Source: Dongiaceae bacterium
Lineage (GTDB): Bacteria > Acidobacteriota > Terriglobia > Acidiferrales > UBA7541
Length of the DNA: 64,000 nt
NCBI GenBank assembly: GCA_035499255.1
Contig: DATJZF010000030.1
Location: 881 to 64,880 of the forward strand
Direction: 5' to 3'
Each line of letters begins with the position of its first letter. Position 1 is the stretch's first letter. Positions 30,217 to 39,395 of the stretch are shown piece by piece. A program made the position numbers and the translations under genes. Below the pieces are notes generated by a model. That model saw nothing but the letters and a program-made list of their open reading frames with translations. It made no database searches and had not been told where the DNA came from.

Positions 30217-33200
30217 TTGGCGGAAGCTCGATTGACAGGCAGCGACAAGCGCGCGCTGGTTCTTTGGATCATCTTCGGCGTCTTCGGCGTTGTTTTCGCC
30301 CACCGATACTTCTTCCAAGCGTTTCCCGAGGCTTCCATCGATTTCAAGGTAACGCAGCAGGACGCGCTGAAACGCGCGGCGGTTTTTCTGAACAGCATTG
30401 GCGAGAACATTGAGGGTTACAAAGCGACGGTTGTCTTCGCACAAGACGATGATGCAAAGACCTATCTCGAGCGCGAACTAGGACTGAAGCGCGCGAACCA
30501 GCTCATGGCTGATGAGGAAGCGAGCACATGGTACTGGAACGTGCGCTACTTCAAGCCGCTGCAGCCGGAAGAATACCTCGTGCAGATCAGCCCTTCGGGA
30601 CGAGTGGTCGCGTACAACCACAAGATTGAAGAGGCCAAGGGCGCGGTGTCCTTGTCGCGAGAACAGGCCCTCGATGCGGCGCAGCTGTTTCTGAAAAACA
30701 AGATCGCCATCAACCTTGATAGTTGGAACTTCCTCTCGGAAGAGGCGAATTCCACAATCAGGCCGAATCGGATTGATTGGTCGTTCACCTGGGAAAAGAA
30801 AAATTTCAAGGCGAAGGACGCACCGTACCGGCTGGAAGTGGGGATTCAAGGCGACAAAATCGGCGCCGAGCAGGAATTTTTAAAGGTGCCGGATGAGTGG
30901 TCGCGTTCGTATCAGAAGCTGCGATCGCTGAACAATCTCTACGAGACCATCGCGCTCCTTCCGTACGGCTTTTTGCTCGGCGGGGCGCTTTGGCTCGGCT
31001 TCACCATGTGGCGGCGCGGCCAGACCCGATGGGCGCCGGCGTTCAAGATTGGCGGCCTGGTCGCCGGACTGTACCTGCTGATGCAATTGAATTCCTGGAA
31101 CACGCTGCCGCCCATGTACGACACCCAAGATGCATACGGGGGATTCGTGGCGCAGAGAATTTTTCTGGCCGTACTTGTCTCCCTCGCCTCCGGACTGTTG
31201 GTGACCATTGTGCTTCCCGGGGGAGAACCGCTTTACCGTGAATCGCTGCCAGACAAGCTGCAGTTGTACAAGACGTTCACGCTGCGTGGGCTGCGGTCAA
31301 AGGAGTTCTTCTGCGCTTCAGCCGTCGGCCTGGCCCTTGCTGCCGCGCACATCGGCTTCATCGTGGCGTTTTACATGATCGGCAGCAAGCTGGGCGCGTG
31401 GGCTCCGCAAGACACGAACTATTCCGACGCTTTTAATACTGCAATCCCGTGGATTGGAGGCGTAGCGATTGGCGTTACCGCCGCGACCAGCGAAGAGTTC
31501 CTGTTCCGTTTGTTCGCTATTCCGTTTCTGCGCAAGCTGACTGGTTCGCGTGTGGTGGCGATAATTCTGCCGGCGTTTTTCTGGGGCTTCCTGCACAGTA
31601 ATTATCCGCAAGAACCGGGATATGTGCGTGGGCTTGAAGTCGGATTGATCGGGATCGTCGCGGGGTTGGTGGTGCTGCGTTGGGGAATCATCGCCACGTT
31701 GATCTGGCACTACACCGTGGACGCATCGCTCGTCGGGATGCTGCTGATTCGCTCGGACAATCTCTACTACAAAATTTCGGGGGTCATCGTTGGGCTGGCT
31801 GCGGTGGCGCCGCTGGCCTGGTCTGGTATTTCGTACGTGGCGCGCGGGCGATTCGAAGCAGTCGATGACCTGCTGAATTCCGCGACAGAAGTGCCGTCGT
31901 TTGATTTAACGGCGAGATCCGCGAGCGCCGAAGAAGCGGCCTCTGCACGCCGCTACGCTCCGCTTACGCTGGGGATGCTGGGCTTTCTGGGGCTGTGCGT
32001 GATTGTGGGGCCGCTGATCGCCTGGAAATTGAAGCAGGCAGACGTCGGCGACTATCTGCAGCTCGGCATAAATGCGCAAGGCGCAAAAGCGCTCTCAGAC
32101 GAGGTAATGAGGCAACACAACCTGAATCCCGCGGCGTTTAAGGCTGCGACTGAGCTCGTCGATTTGATGGATCCTTTGAACAACGAGTACCTGCGGCGGC
32201 GCATTTCCATCGCTGAGATCAACGAGATCTACTCCGCAAAAGTTCCCGGCGTACTTTGGCGCACGCGCTATTTCAAGGAATTGGAACCGGAAGAGTTTGC
32301 CATCATCCTCAAGCCCGACGGCAGCTTGCACGCCTTTCGTCACGCACTGGCCGAAGTCACCAAAGGAGCTACTCTCGATCAAGACACCGCAGTCGCTCTG
32401 GGGGAGCGCTTTCTACGAGAGGAAAAACAGCTCGAGCTGAGCGACTGGAAATTCATCGGCGACAACGCAAAGAAGCAGCCCAACCGCACCGACCACCTGC
32501 TGACCTGGCAACAAAACACGCCGCTTGATCCGCCGGGGCCGGGCAATCATCCGGAAAACGGCGCGGACCATGCCTATAGACGAATCGAGCTGTCGATTCT
32601 CGGGGACGAGCCCGCGAACTATCGCACCTATATCAAGATTCCCGAGGAGTTCACCATCAAGCAGGGCCAGCGTTCTCTGCTGCGTACGCTGTTCGCGTTC
32701 GGCAAGGGCATCATGGTTGCGATCTTCGCCCTGGTGATTTTGGTTTTCTTTCTTAAACGTTGGCGAAATGATTCGGAATTTCGTGTGCCTTGGAAAAAAC
32801 TGGTGGCATGGGGATTCGTCGGTCTCGGCGCCTATGTGATGCACTTCTTCTCGGCAACGCTCGTGAAGTTTTTGGCGGTTTATCCGACTTCCCAAGCCTG
32901 GAAGATATACTTAGCTGGGCTGGCCGTGTTGCAAGGAATCTCGAGTGTGGTGATAAGTGGATGTGTCGTGCTGCTCTTTGGCCTGCTGTGGTATTTTGCG
33001 GCGCGAGCCTTCGGCAAAGATGCTCTGCCGACGCTTGCCGGGATGTCGGGCGAATACTATCGGGACGCGTTCTGGTTGGGCTTAGGCGGCACCGCGGCTC
33101 TCATCGGAGTCGAGCGCTTGATAGCCGCGCTGACACATTGGTGGCCGACGACGGAACGCATGTTGGGAGCCAGCGTAGGCACCGATCTTGATGCTTTGTT

Positions 33201-33648
33201 CCCGGCGGCAGCGGTCATCAGCGGCGCGATTTTCTCATCCGTGCTCCGAACCGGGGCGATCGCGCTTGCTGGCGCTTTCCTGGCCGCGGAAGTGCGGAAT
33301 CGCGCCGTGCGGCTCATTCTGTTGATCGCCGTAGCGATTGGCTTCATCGGGACATGGGGTTCGCCGGCCGATTTCCTCAAGCATTTTCTAGAAAACCTTT
33401 TGCTGCTGGCGTTCGTAGTAGTCGGTATCAGCCGGTTCGTGCGCCTGAATCTGGCGGGATTGTTGTTGATCATTACGTGCGCGGCCATGGTGGGGGGGGC
33501 CGCACCTTTACTGGCGCAAGCCGACCGATACTACAAGACTCAAGGGTACCTGCCGCTTGCGGCAGTGGTGGTGCTTCTGGCTTTTCCGCTGATTCAGTGG
33601 CGTTTGCGGACCAATGCTGGCGGGGGGGCTGCAGTCGAACGACCCTAG
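30217..33648 (+). CDS. Large CPBP (CAAX/Abi) family intramembrane metalloprotease, internally duplicated
   Basis: SEEFLFR, FWGFLH and WHYTVD motifs; many TM helices; TTG 30217 behind GAGGAGG (30145 is the alternative start). Confidence 0.82.
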   Translation: MAEARLTGSDKRALVLWIIFGVFGVVFAHRYFFQAFPEASIDFKVTQQDALKRAAVFLNSIGENIEGYKATVVFAQDDDAKTYLERELGLKRANQLMADEEASTWYWNVRYFKPLQPEEYLVQISPSGRVVAYNHKIEEAKGAVSLSREQALDAAQLFLKNKIAINLDSWNFLSEEANSTIRPNRIDWSFTWEKKNFKAKDAPYRLEVGIQGDKIGAEQEFLKVPDEWSRSYQKLRSLNNLYETIALLPYGFLLGGALWLGFTMWRRGQTRWAPAFKIGGLVAGLYLLMQLNSWNTLPPMYDTQDAYGGFVAQRIFLAVLVSLASGLLVTIVLPGGEPLYRESLPDKLQLYKTFTLRGLRSKEFFCASAVGLALAAAHIGFIVAFYMIGSKLGAWAPQDTNYSDAFNTAIPWIGGVAIGVTAATSEEFLFRLFAIPFLRKLTGSRVVAIILPAFFWGFLHSNYPQEPGYVRGLEVGLIGIVAGLVVLRWGIIATLIWHYTVDASLVGMLLIRSDNLYYKISGVIVGLAAVAPLAWSGISYVARGRFEAVDDLLNSATEVPSFDLTARSASAEEAASARRYAPLTLGMLGFLGLCVIVGPLIAWKLKQADVGDYLQLGINAQGAKALSDEVMRQHNLNPAAFKAATELVDLMDPLNNEYLRRRISIAEINEIYSAKVPGVLWRTRYFKELEPEEFAIILKPDGSLHAFRHALAEVTKGATLDQDTAVALGERFLREEKQLELSDWKFIGDNAKKQPNRTDHLLTWQQNTPLDPPGPGNHPENGADHAYRRIELSILGDEPANYRTYIKIPEEFTIKQGQRSLLRTLFAFGKGIMVAIFALVILVFFLKRWRNDSEFRVPWKKLVAWGFVGLGAYVMHFFSATLVKFLAVYPTSQAWKIYLAGLAVLQGISSVVISGCVVLLFGLLWYFAARAFGKDALPTLAGMSGEYYRDAFWLGLGGTAALIGVERLIAALTHWWPTTERMLGASVGTDLDALFPAAAVISGAIFSSVLRTGAIALAGAFLAAEVRNRAVRLILLIAVAIGFIGTWGSPADFLKHFLENLLLLAFVVVGISRFVRLNLAGLLLIITCAAMVGGAAPLLAQADRYYKTQGYLPLAAVVVLLAFPLIQWRLRTNAGGGAAVERP

Positions 33649-33834
33649 CCGCGTGAACTTGCATCCAAAAATTGACGTGGGTCCGGACGCGCGCAGTGTA
33701 TGCTTACCCGCAGTTCTGGCAGGCGTCTAAAAATGCAGGAGCGGCGGGGTGCCTTCCCCACGTCGCGCAGCGCCGAATCGCTAAACTCTGAGCAACAAGA
33801 TTGTTATTGGCAATTCGGCAAAGAGAAAGCGAAT

Positions 33835-34512
33835 ATGTCTTTACCCCCGTGGGCTCTGGCTCTGGCAAATGAATCCGGTCCCCCCAGTAAGGCGGATTCG
33901 GCGGTGGCCGCTGTGACATCGACGGCTGCGGTGGACGAACGTGTCCTCGTGGAGCAGGCACAGACGGGGAACCGCGCGGCGTTTGAGGAGTTGGTACGCC
34001 GGTACGACCGCGACGTGTTGCGCCTGGCGCTGAACCTGATGAAGCGCACCGAAGATGCCCGCGACGTGTATCAGGAAGCGTTCCTGAAGGTCTACCGCAA
34101 CTTGCACCGTTTTCGCTTCGAGTGCAGTTTCTACACTTGGCTATACCGCATCGTCACGAATGTCTGCCTGGACCATCTGCGCCGCCGCCAGGCGCGCCCT
34201 GAAGATCAGGCGCCGGAGCTCCGCACCGCGCAACATGACGATGCGGCCACAGATTTTTTTGAACGGCAACGCGAGCATCGCGCCACACTGGATCCAGAGC
34301 GGCACTTACTCGGCCAGGAGATCAAAGCTAAACTGGCGGTCGCGATGGAACGGCTGTCGCCGCGCGAACGAATCGTATTTGAGATGAAGCATTATCAGGG
34401 ACTGAAGTTGCGGGCCATCGGCGACGCACTCGGCACCAGTGAAGAAACCGTAAAGAACTCCCTTTTCCGCGCCACCAGGAAATTGCGTAGCGAATTGGGT
34501 GCACTGCGATGA
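33835..34512 (+). CDS. ECF RNA polymerase sigma factor
   Basis: AFEELV, DARDVYQEAF, TWLYRI..N and region-4 HTH; start uncertain (33835 chosen). Confidence 0.93.
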   Translation: MSLPPWALALANESGPPSKADSAVAAVTSTAAVDERVLVEQAQTGNRAAFEELVRRYDRDVLRLALNLMKRTEDARDVYQEAFLKVYRNLHRFRFECSFYTWLYRIVTNVCLDHLRRRQARPEDQAPELRTAQHDDAATDFFERQREHRATLDPERHLLGQEIKAKLAVAMERLSPRERIVFEMKHYQGLKLRAIGDALGTSEETVKNSLFRATRKLRSELGALR

Positions 34513-35621
34513 ATTCCGGTGTTCCAAACAATTCGTGCAAAGACGTTTCGCAGCTGCTGATCTTTTACGCTTGCGGAGAGTGCAGTGAGCAGGAGCGCGC
34601 CTTGGTGGAGCAGCATCTCGTCAACTGTGCCACATGCAAAGCGCAGTTAGCGGACGAAGTGGAGTTTGAGAACACGCTTCGCTCCCTTCCCGAAACGAGC
34701 CGGGAACTCGATCCTTCCGGAATTCTCCTGGGACAGTGTCGCAGCGAACTCGCCGAACAACTTGATGAGCGGCAACATCCGCGGCCGAAGGAAGTCGGCG
34801 GGCTGGGCTGGCTGCGTCGTTGGATGGGCCTGCACCCGATGTGGAGCGCGGCCACTCTGGTGTTGTTTGGACTGGTGACGGGCGCGGAGTTCACGCAGTG
34901 GTTCACGGGCCGGAGTGACGCGAATGGCGTGGACGCGATGCGCGTGCGTCCCAGCGGCCCGCAGCTGACGGAAGATCAACTTTCCAAAATGGCGGTCGCC
35001 GGAGTGGACTTCGCGCCTTCGACAACCAATCCGGGAGTGAAGACGGTTCGCCTGCAATTGAGCGCGGAACAGCCCGTGGAACTGAGCGGCAGCCTGGACG
35101 ATTCGAATGTGCGTAGCGTGTTGACCTACGTAGTGAAAAATGGACATCGCTTCGATTCGGGTGTGCGCCTGGATTGTTTGGACGCGCTGAAGGCGCTGGC
35201 GGAAGATGACCAAGTTCGGGAAGCGTTGCTGGCTGCTGCGCGCAAGGATGAGAATCCCGCGGTGCGCCTGAAGGCGCTGGAAGCACTGCGCGTATCAGCG
35301 GCGGACGCGGAGGTGCGGAACACGCTGCTCGCCACTCTACAACATGATTCGAATCCAGGCGTGCGGGTCGAGGCAGTGAACCTGCTGGTGCATTCGATTG
35401 GCGCATCGCAGGATGACACCGTGGTTCTTACGGATCCTGGGGATTTCTCGGAGTCATCTCGCCGGAACAGGGTTCGCGCCAACTCCGCAGCTGCGGACGA
35501 CGATTCGATGCAGAATGTGATTCGCGCGCTGGAGGAAATGCAACAGAAGGATCCCAGCCGTTATGTACGCATGCGCAGCGCGGCAGCATTACGCGAGATC
35601 AGCGCGCGTGGCGAGCAGTGA
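34509..35621 (+). CDS. Zinc-finger (zf-HC2) anti-sigma factor with TM helix and HEAT repeats
   Basis: HLVNCATC (HxxxCxxC), TM helix, repeats DENPAVRLKALEAL and DSNPGVRVEAVNLL; overlaps the sigma stop codon. Confidence 0.85.
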   Translation: MNSGVPNNSCKDVSQLLIFYACGECSEQERALVEQHLVNCATCKAQLADEVEFENTLRSLPETSRELDPSGILLGQCRSELAEQLDERQHPRPKEVGGLGWLRRWMGLHPMWSAATLVLFGLVTGAEFTQWFTGRSDANGVDAMRVRPSGPQLTEDQLSKMAVAGVDFAPSTTNPGVKTVRLQLSAEQPVELSGSLDDSNVRSVLTYVVKNGHRFDSGVRLDCLDALKALAEDDQVREALLAAARKDENPAVRLKALEALRVSAADAEVRNTLLATLQHDSNPGVRVEAVNLLVHSIGASQDDTVVLTDPGDFSESSRRNRVRANSAAADDDSMQNVIRALEEMQQKDPSRYVRMRSAAALREISARGEQ

Positions 35622-37489
35622 ACATCGTACCGGTGAACAGAATTCGGTTCTCTCTCATGCGGTGTTTTTCCCAAATTTCGGTGACCGCGCTCAGACGCAA
35701 GCATGAGGGCTTGCGCTCGATGGCGGTCCTTTTTCTTGCGACTGCCACGCTAATCGCTTTGCCGGCGCGAGCATATGGTGACACCGCGGCTGCACCTGTC
35801 CACGTTGCCGTCGATCGATCGGGTGAGTTGCGAGTGAGCAACGGGATGACCCTGCACCTGACCGCGGACCTTGGCAATGTTCGGATCGAAACGCTGCCGC
35901 AGAGTGCCGCTCCGTCGGTTCGTTACACCGTGCATATCGAAACGGATGCCGCCGGCGCCATCGCGCAGCGGATGTTGGGGGCATACGCCCTGACCACACG
36001 GGAAACGGTCGATAGCGTATTTATCTCCGGAGCGCTGCCTAATCCGCTGCTGTACACGGTGCCTCGCCACCTCCCCAGAAATGTGCAGTTCTGGGTGCAA
36101 TTCGTCGTGTCAGTCCCTGCAAACTTCAATCTCGACATTTCAACCGGCGCCGGCGAAATCACCACCGGCGATGTTTCCGGACGAGTTTGCCTGCTCAGCC
36201 AGGGCGGCGACATCACGACCGGCCGAATTACGCCCCCCGGCGGGGGTCGTGGTGTCCGGGGCGACAGGTTGGCCGCGAAGATCGTTTCTGAGCAGGGTGG
36301 ACACATCACGCTGCGCGACGTGACGGGAGACGTGGACGCGTTTACCGGAGGCGGACACATTCAGGCCGGCAATATCGAGGGGAACGCCAAACTCGTCACC
36401 GGCGGAGGCAACATTCGCACGGCCCGCATCCGCGGGGTAGCCACTTTACAAACCGCGGGCGGAAACATTGCGGTTGGCGAAGCCGATTCATACGTCGGAG
36501 TTCATACGGCTGGGGGACAAATTGATTTCGGCTCGGTTCGCGGATCTGTACACGCGCAAACCGGCGGCGGCGGAATCCGCGTGATGTACGTTTCAGGCCC
36601 GATGGAAGTTGTGACCAGCGGAGGGAGCATCTGCCTGACGCGAGTCGCGAATGCGATCCATGCGGAAACAGGCGAAGGCAAGATCACCGCGTGGATCAAT
36701 CCAGAAGAGAGTGACCACGGACGTAATGTGCGCTTGTCTGGGCCGTCGCAACTTGCGTCGCGCACGGGAGACATTGTCGTTTTTCTTCCCCGCAACATCG
36801 CCATGACCATTGACGCGACCGTGGACAGCGGTGGGCCGGCGCGCATTGAGGCTGATCCATCCCTTCCCCTAAATATTCAGACGCGTCCGGATGGCCCAGT
36901 GCACGCTGTTGCGGCTTTGAATGGCGGCGGCGCGCCGCTGAAACTGCACACGGCTGGCGGAAAGATATTGTTGCAATTCCTGGACGCTCAGACGTCTCTG
37001 CACCAATCGCTGGTTGACGAACAGCAGCAGCGTCTGGCGGAGCGGCTGCAGGACAGCACATTCACAAAGGTTTCTCTTCCCTCTGCATCGGGCTTGCCGA
37101 AATTGGCATCTGCCCAGCCACAACCACCGCCGATATCCGCGTCGGACCCGAAAACGGACTGGTTGGACGCCGCAAAGAATCGGCTTTCGGTAATTTTCAT
37201 GGGCAGCGTTCGAGAGGAACAAGACGCCTTCATGAAGAGGCTAACGAGATTCCCTACCCCGGTGTATCCCGAAGCGGCGCGCAAGGCTGGCGTGCAAGGT
37301 GTGGTGGTACTTGAAGTGCGCGCCAAAACAGACGGTTCAGTCGCTGTAGAACGGGTTACGGAGGGCGACACGACGCTGGCCGAAGCTGCGGTCGCTGCGG
37401 TGCGGACGTGGCGCGCAAATCCAGAACAGATTGGTGGGAAGACCGTCGAAGTGGTGTCGACACTCAGATTTAAATTCGATCTTAAGTAA
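35618..37489 (+). CDS. DUF4097-like beta-repeat protein fused to a C-terminal TonB domain
   Basis: Many TGGGxI repeats, then PVYPEAARKAGVQGVVVL...DGSV...WR; start uncertain. Confidence 0.75.
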   Translation: MNIVPVNRIRFSLMRCFSQISVTALRRKHEGLRSMAVLFLATATLIALPARAYGDTAAAPVHVAVDRSGELRVSNGMTLHLTADLGNVRIETLPQSAAPSVRYTVHIETDAAGAIAQRMLGAYALTTRETVDSVFISGALPNPLLYTVPRHLPRNVQFWVQFVVSVPANFNLDISTGAGEITTGDVSGRVCLLSQGGDITTGRITPPGGGRGVRGDRLAAKIVSEQGGHITLRDVTGDVDAFTGGGHIQAGNIEGNAKLVTGGGNIRTARIRGVATLQTAGGNIAVGEADSYVGVHTAGGQIDFGSVRGSVHAQTGGGGIRVMYVSGPMEVVTSGGSICLTRVANAIHAETGEGKITAWINPEESDHGRNVRLSGPSQLASRTGDIVVFLPRNIAMTIDATVDSGGPARIEADPSLPLNIQTRPDGPVHAVAALNGGGAPLKLHTAGGKILLQFLDAQTSLHQSLVDEQQQRLAERLQDSTFTKVSLPSASGLPKLASAQPQPPPISASDPKTDWLDAAKNRLSVIFMGSVREEQDAFMKRLTRFPTPVYPEAARKAGVQGVVVLEVRAKTDGSVAVERVTEGDTTLAEAAVAAVRTWRANPEQIGGKTVEVVSTLRFKFDLK

Positions 37490-37539
37490 CGGCTTGCATT
37501 CGATAGTTTGGGCCCTGGGTTCGCTTTGAAGGAGGACAC

Positions 37540-38322
37540 ATGAAGTCTCGCTCCCTATTCCACCGGGCACTGCTGGCTTGTTCATTCACGCTGGGGCTGT
37601 GCGCCAGCGCGGCATTCCCAGTTTCCCGCGAGATCACCAAGACCGTCCCTCTGCGGGCAGACGGGACGCTGGAAATTAGCAACGTCAATGGGGCAGTGCG
37701 CATCGAGGGCTGGGACCGCGAAGAAGTGGAAGTCCGTGCGGTAAAGACCACGCCCGAGAAGGAATCGGCTCTCGATCAGGTATCCATCGAAATCGAATCC
37801 AGCCCGGATTTGGTCTCCATCTCCACGCATTATCCGCAGGACGAAGGCGTAGAAGTGGCGGTGGACTACATCGTACACGTGCCGCGCCACGCGCAACTGA
37901 ATCATGTCAACACAGTCAACGGGACGGTTCGCGTGGTGAGTTCTGACGGAATCGGCGACCTGCACACGGTCAATGGGAATATCGAAGTCTACGAAGGCGC
38001 GGGCAACGTTCACGCGCAGACCACAAACGGAAACGTCTACCTGGAACTGAAGCATCCAGCCGATTCCCGGGGCGTTTCCGCTAACACCACCAATGGATCG
38101 GTCCTGCTGGCTGTCCCGGCGGGGCTGCCGGCTGACCTGGAAGCTCGCTGCATGAACGGCAATTTTTCGAGCGAGCTGCCTATGGTGGTTCGAGGGGCGG
38201 GCCAGCCTCGCGTGATTCATGGACGTCTGGGATCAACCAGCACGGCGGCAAACGCAGCGCCGATTCACCTCGGTACGGTGAACGGCACGATCCGAATTAT
38301 CGCGCTGCGCTCGACGGTTTAA
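37540..38322 (+). CDS. DUF4097-like beta-strand repeat exported protein
   Basis: Signal peptide and repeated TVNG/TTNG motifs. Confidence 0.8.
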   Translation: MKSRSLFHRALLACSFTLGLCASAAFPVSREITKTVPLRADGTLEISNVNGAVRIEGWDREEVEVRAVKTTPEKESALDQVSIEIESSPDLVSISTHYPQDEGVEVAVDYIVHVPRHAQLNHVNTVNGTVRVVSSDGIGDLHTVNGNIEVYEGAGNVHAQTTNGNVYLELKHPADSRGVSANTTNGSVLLAVPAGLPADLEARCMNGNFSSELPMVVRGAGQPRVIHGRLGSTSTAANAAPIHLGTVNGTIRIIALRSTV

Positions 38323-38362
38323 GTTTTCCTGCGTCTAAGTGCTCAAGGAGATGGTGAGGATT

Positions 38363-39328
38363 ATGAACCCGAAAAGACTTCTAATGATTCTTGGCTCCGG
38401 CGCAATTGGAGTCGTGTTGGTGGCGCTTCCCGGTTCGGCAACCAAACAAGAACACCCGAAAGCACAGGTCGAAAAAGGCGTACAGACTTTTGTTGTCGAT
38501 GACGGCGACCTCGCGATCCCGGGGGAAATCGCCGATAATCTCGACCTCGTGCAAGGCTTCGACGGAAACGACAACGTTCAGGTTTTTGTCGGAAGCGGCA
38601 GCGGCTGGCTGGGTGTGGGTGTTGCCGAAGTGAACTCCGACAAGGCGAAAGAACTCAAACTGCCTGCGGAACGTGGTGTGTTACTGGGCAAGGTAGTCGC
38701 TGACAGCCCGGCGGCGAAAGCGGGCCTGAAGGAAAACGACGTCATCACAGAAATCAACGGCCAGCGTGTGGAGGGCACGGAACAGTTCCGCCGTATGATT
38801 CGCGAAATTCCTGCCGGCCGCACCGCGCAAGTGACAGTCTGGCGCGATGGGCGTTCCCAGACCATCGGCGTGACCGTCGGCAAATCGGAGAGCCGCCATA
38901 CGGAGACAATGGTAGCGCCGGGAACGTTCGCTTTTCACATGCCGGAGATGCCGCAACTCAACGGCTTAATGGAACTGAACCCCTGGCTGCCCGGACGCTC
39001 GCGGCTGGGCATTGACGCGGAAGACCTGGAGGGAGATTTTGGCAAATACTTCGGAGCTCCGGAAGGGGAAGGCGTTCTTGTACGCGGGGTTTTCGCGGAC
39101 ATGCCTGCCGCGAAAGCTGGAATCAAGGTGGGAGACGTGATCACCAGCGTGGACGGAGACCGAATCCGTTCGGTAGGAGAACTTCGCGAGAAGTTGGTCG
39201 AAAAGAAATCCGAAAAGTCGCTTCAGATCGGCGTGATTCGAAACAAGGCCCCACTTACACTCTCGATCGAGATTCCTGCTCCGGCGGAAAAGCAGGAACA
39301 TCACCCTTCCGTTCGCACGAATATTTAG
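38363..39328 (+). CDS. Exported tandem-PDZ domain protein
   Basis: GWLGV...SPAAKAGLKENDVI and RLGI...PAAKAGIKVGDVI; no trypsin GNSGG motif. Confidence 0.85.
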   Translation: MNPKRLLMILGSGAIGVVLVALPGSATKQEHPKAQVEKGVQTFVVDDGDLAIPGEIADNLDLVQGFDGNDNVQVFVGSGSGWLGVGVAEVNSDKAKELKLPAERGVLLGKVVADSPAAKAGLKENDVITEINGQRVEGTEQFRRMIREIPAGRTAQVTVWRDGRSQTIGVTVGKSESRHTETMVAPGTFAFHMPEMPQLNGLMELNPWLPGRSRLGIDAEDLEGDFGKYFGAPEGEGVLVRGVFADMPAAKAGIKVGDVITSVDGDRIRSVGELREKLVEKKSEKSLQIGVIRNKAPLTLSIEIPAPAEKQEHHPSVRTNI

Positions 39329-39351
39329 TTTTTGACCACGCGATGAAGACC

Positions 39352-39391
39352 AGGCCCGGTTTGCGCCAGCGCATGCCGGGCCTTTTCTTTT
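39352..39391 (+). terminator. Rho-independent terminator between convergent operons
   Basis: AGGCCCGG...CCGGGCCT followed by TTTCTTTT. Confidence 0.75.
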
Positions 39392-39395
39392 GAAT

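Noticed and set aside
33654-33679. ECF autoregulatory promoter (GAAC-N17-CGT) upstream of the sigma gene; also CGTAC just before the second sigma start at 55896
   Set aside because: The motifs are too short to distinguish from chance without TSS data.
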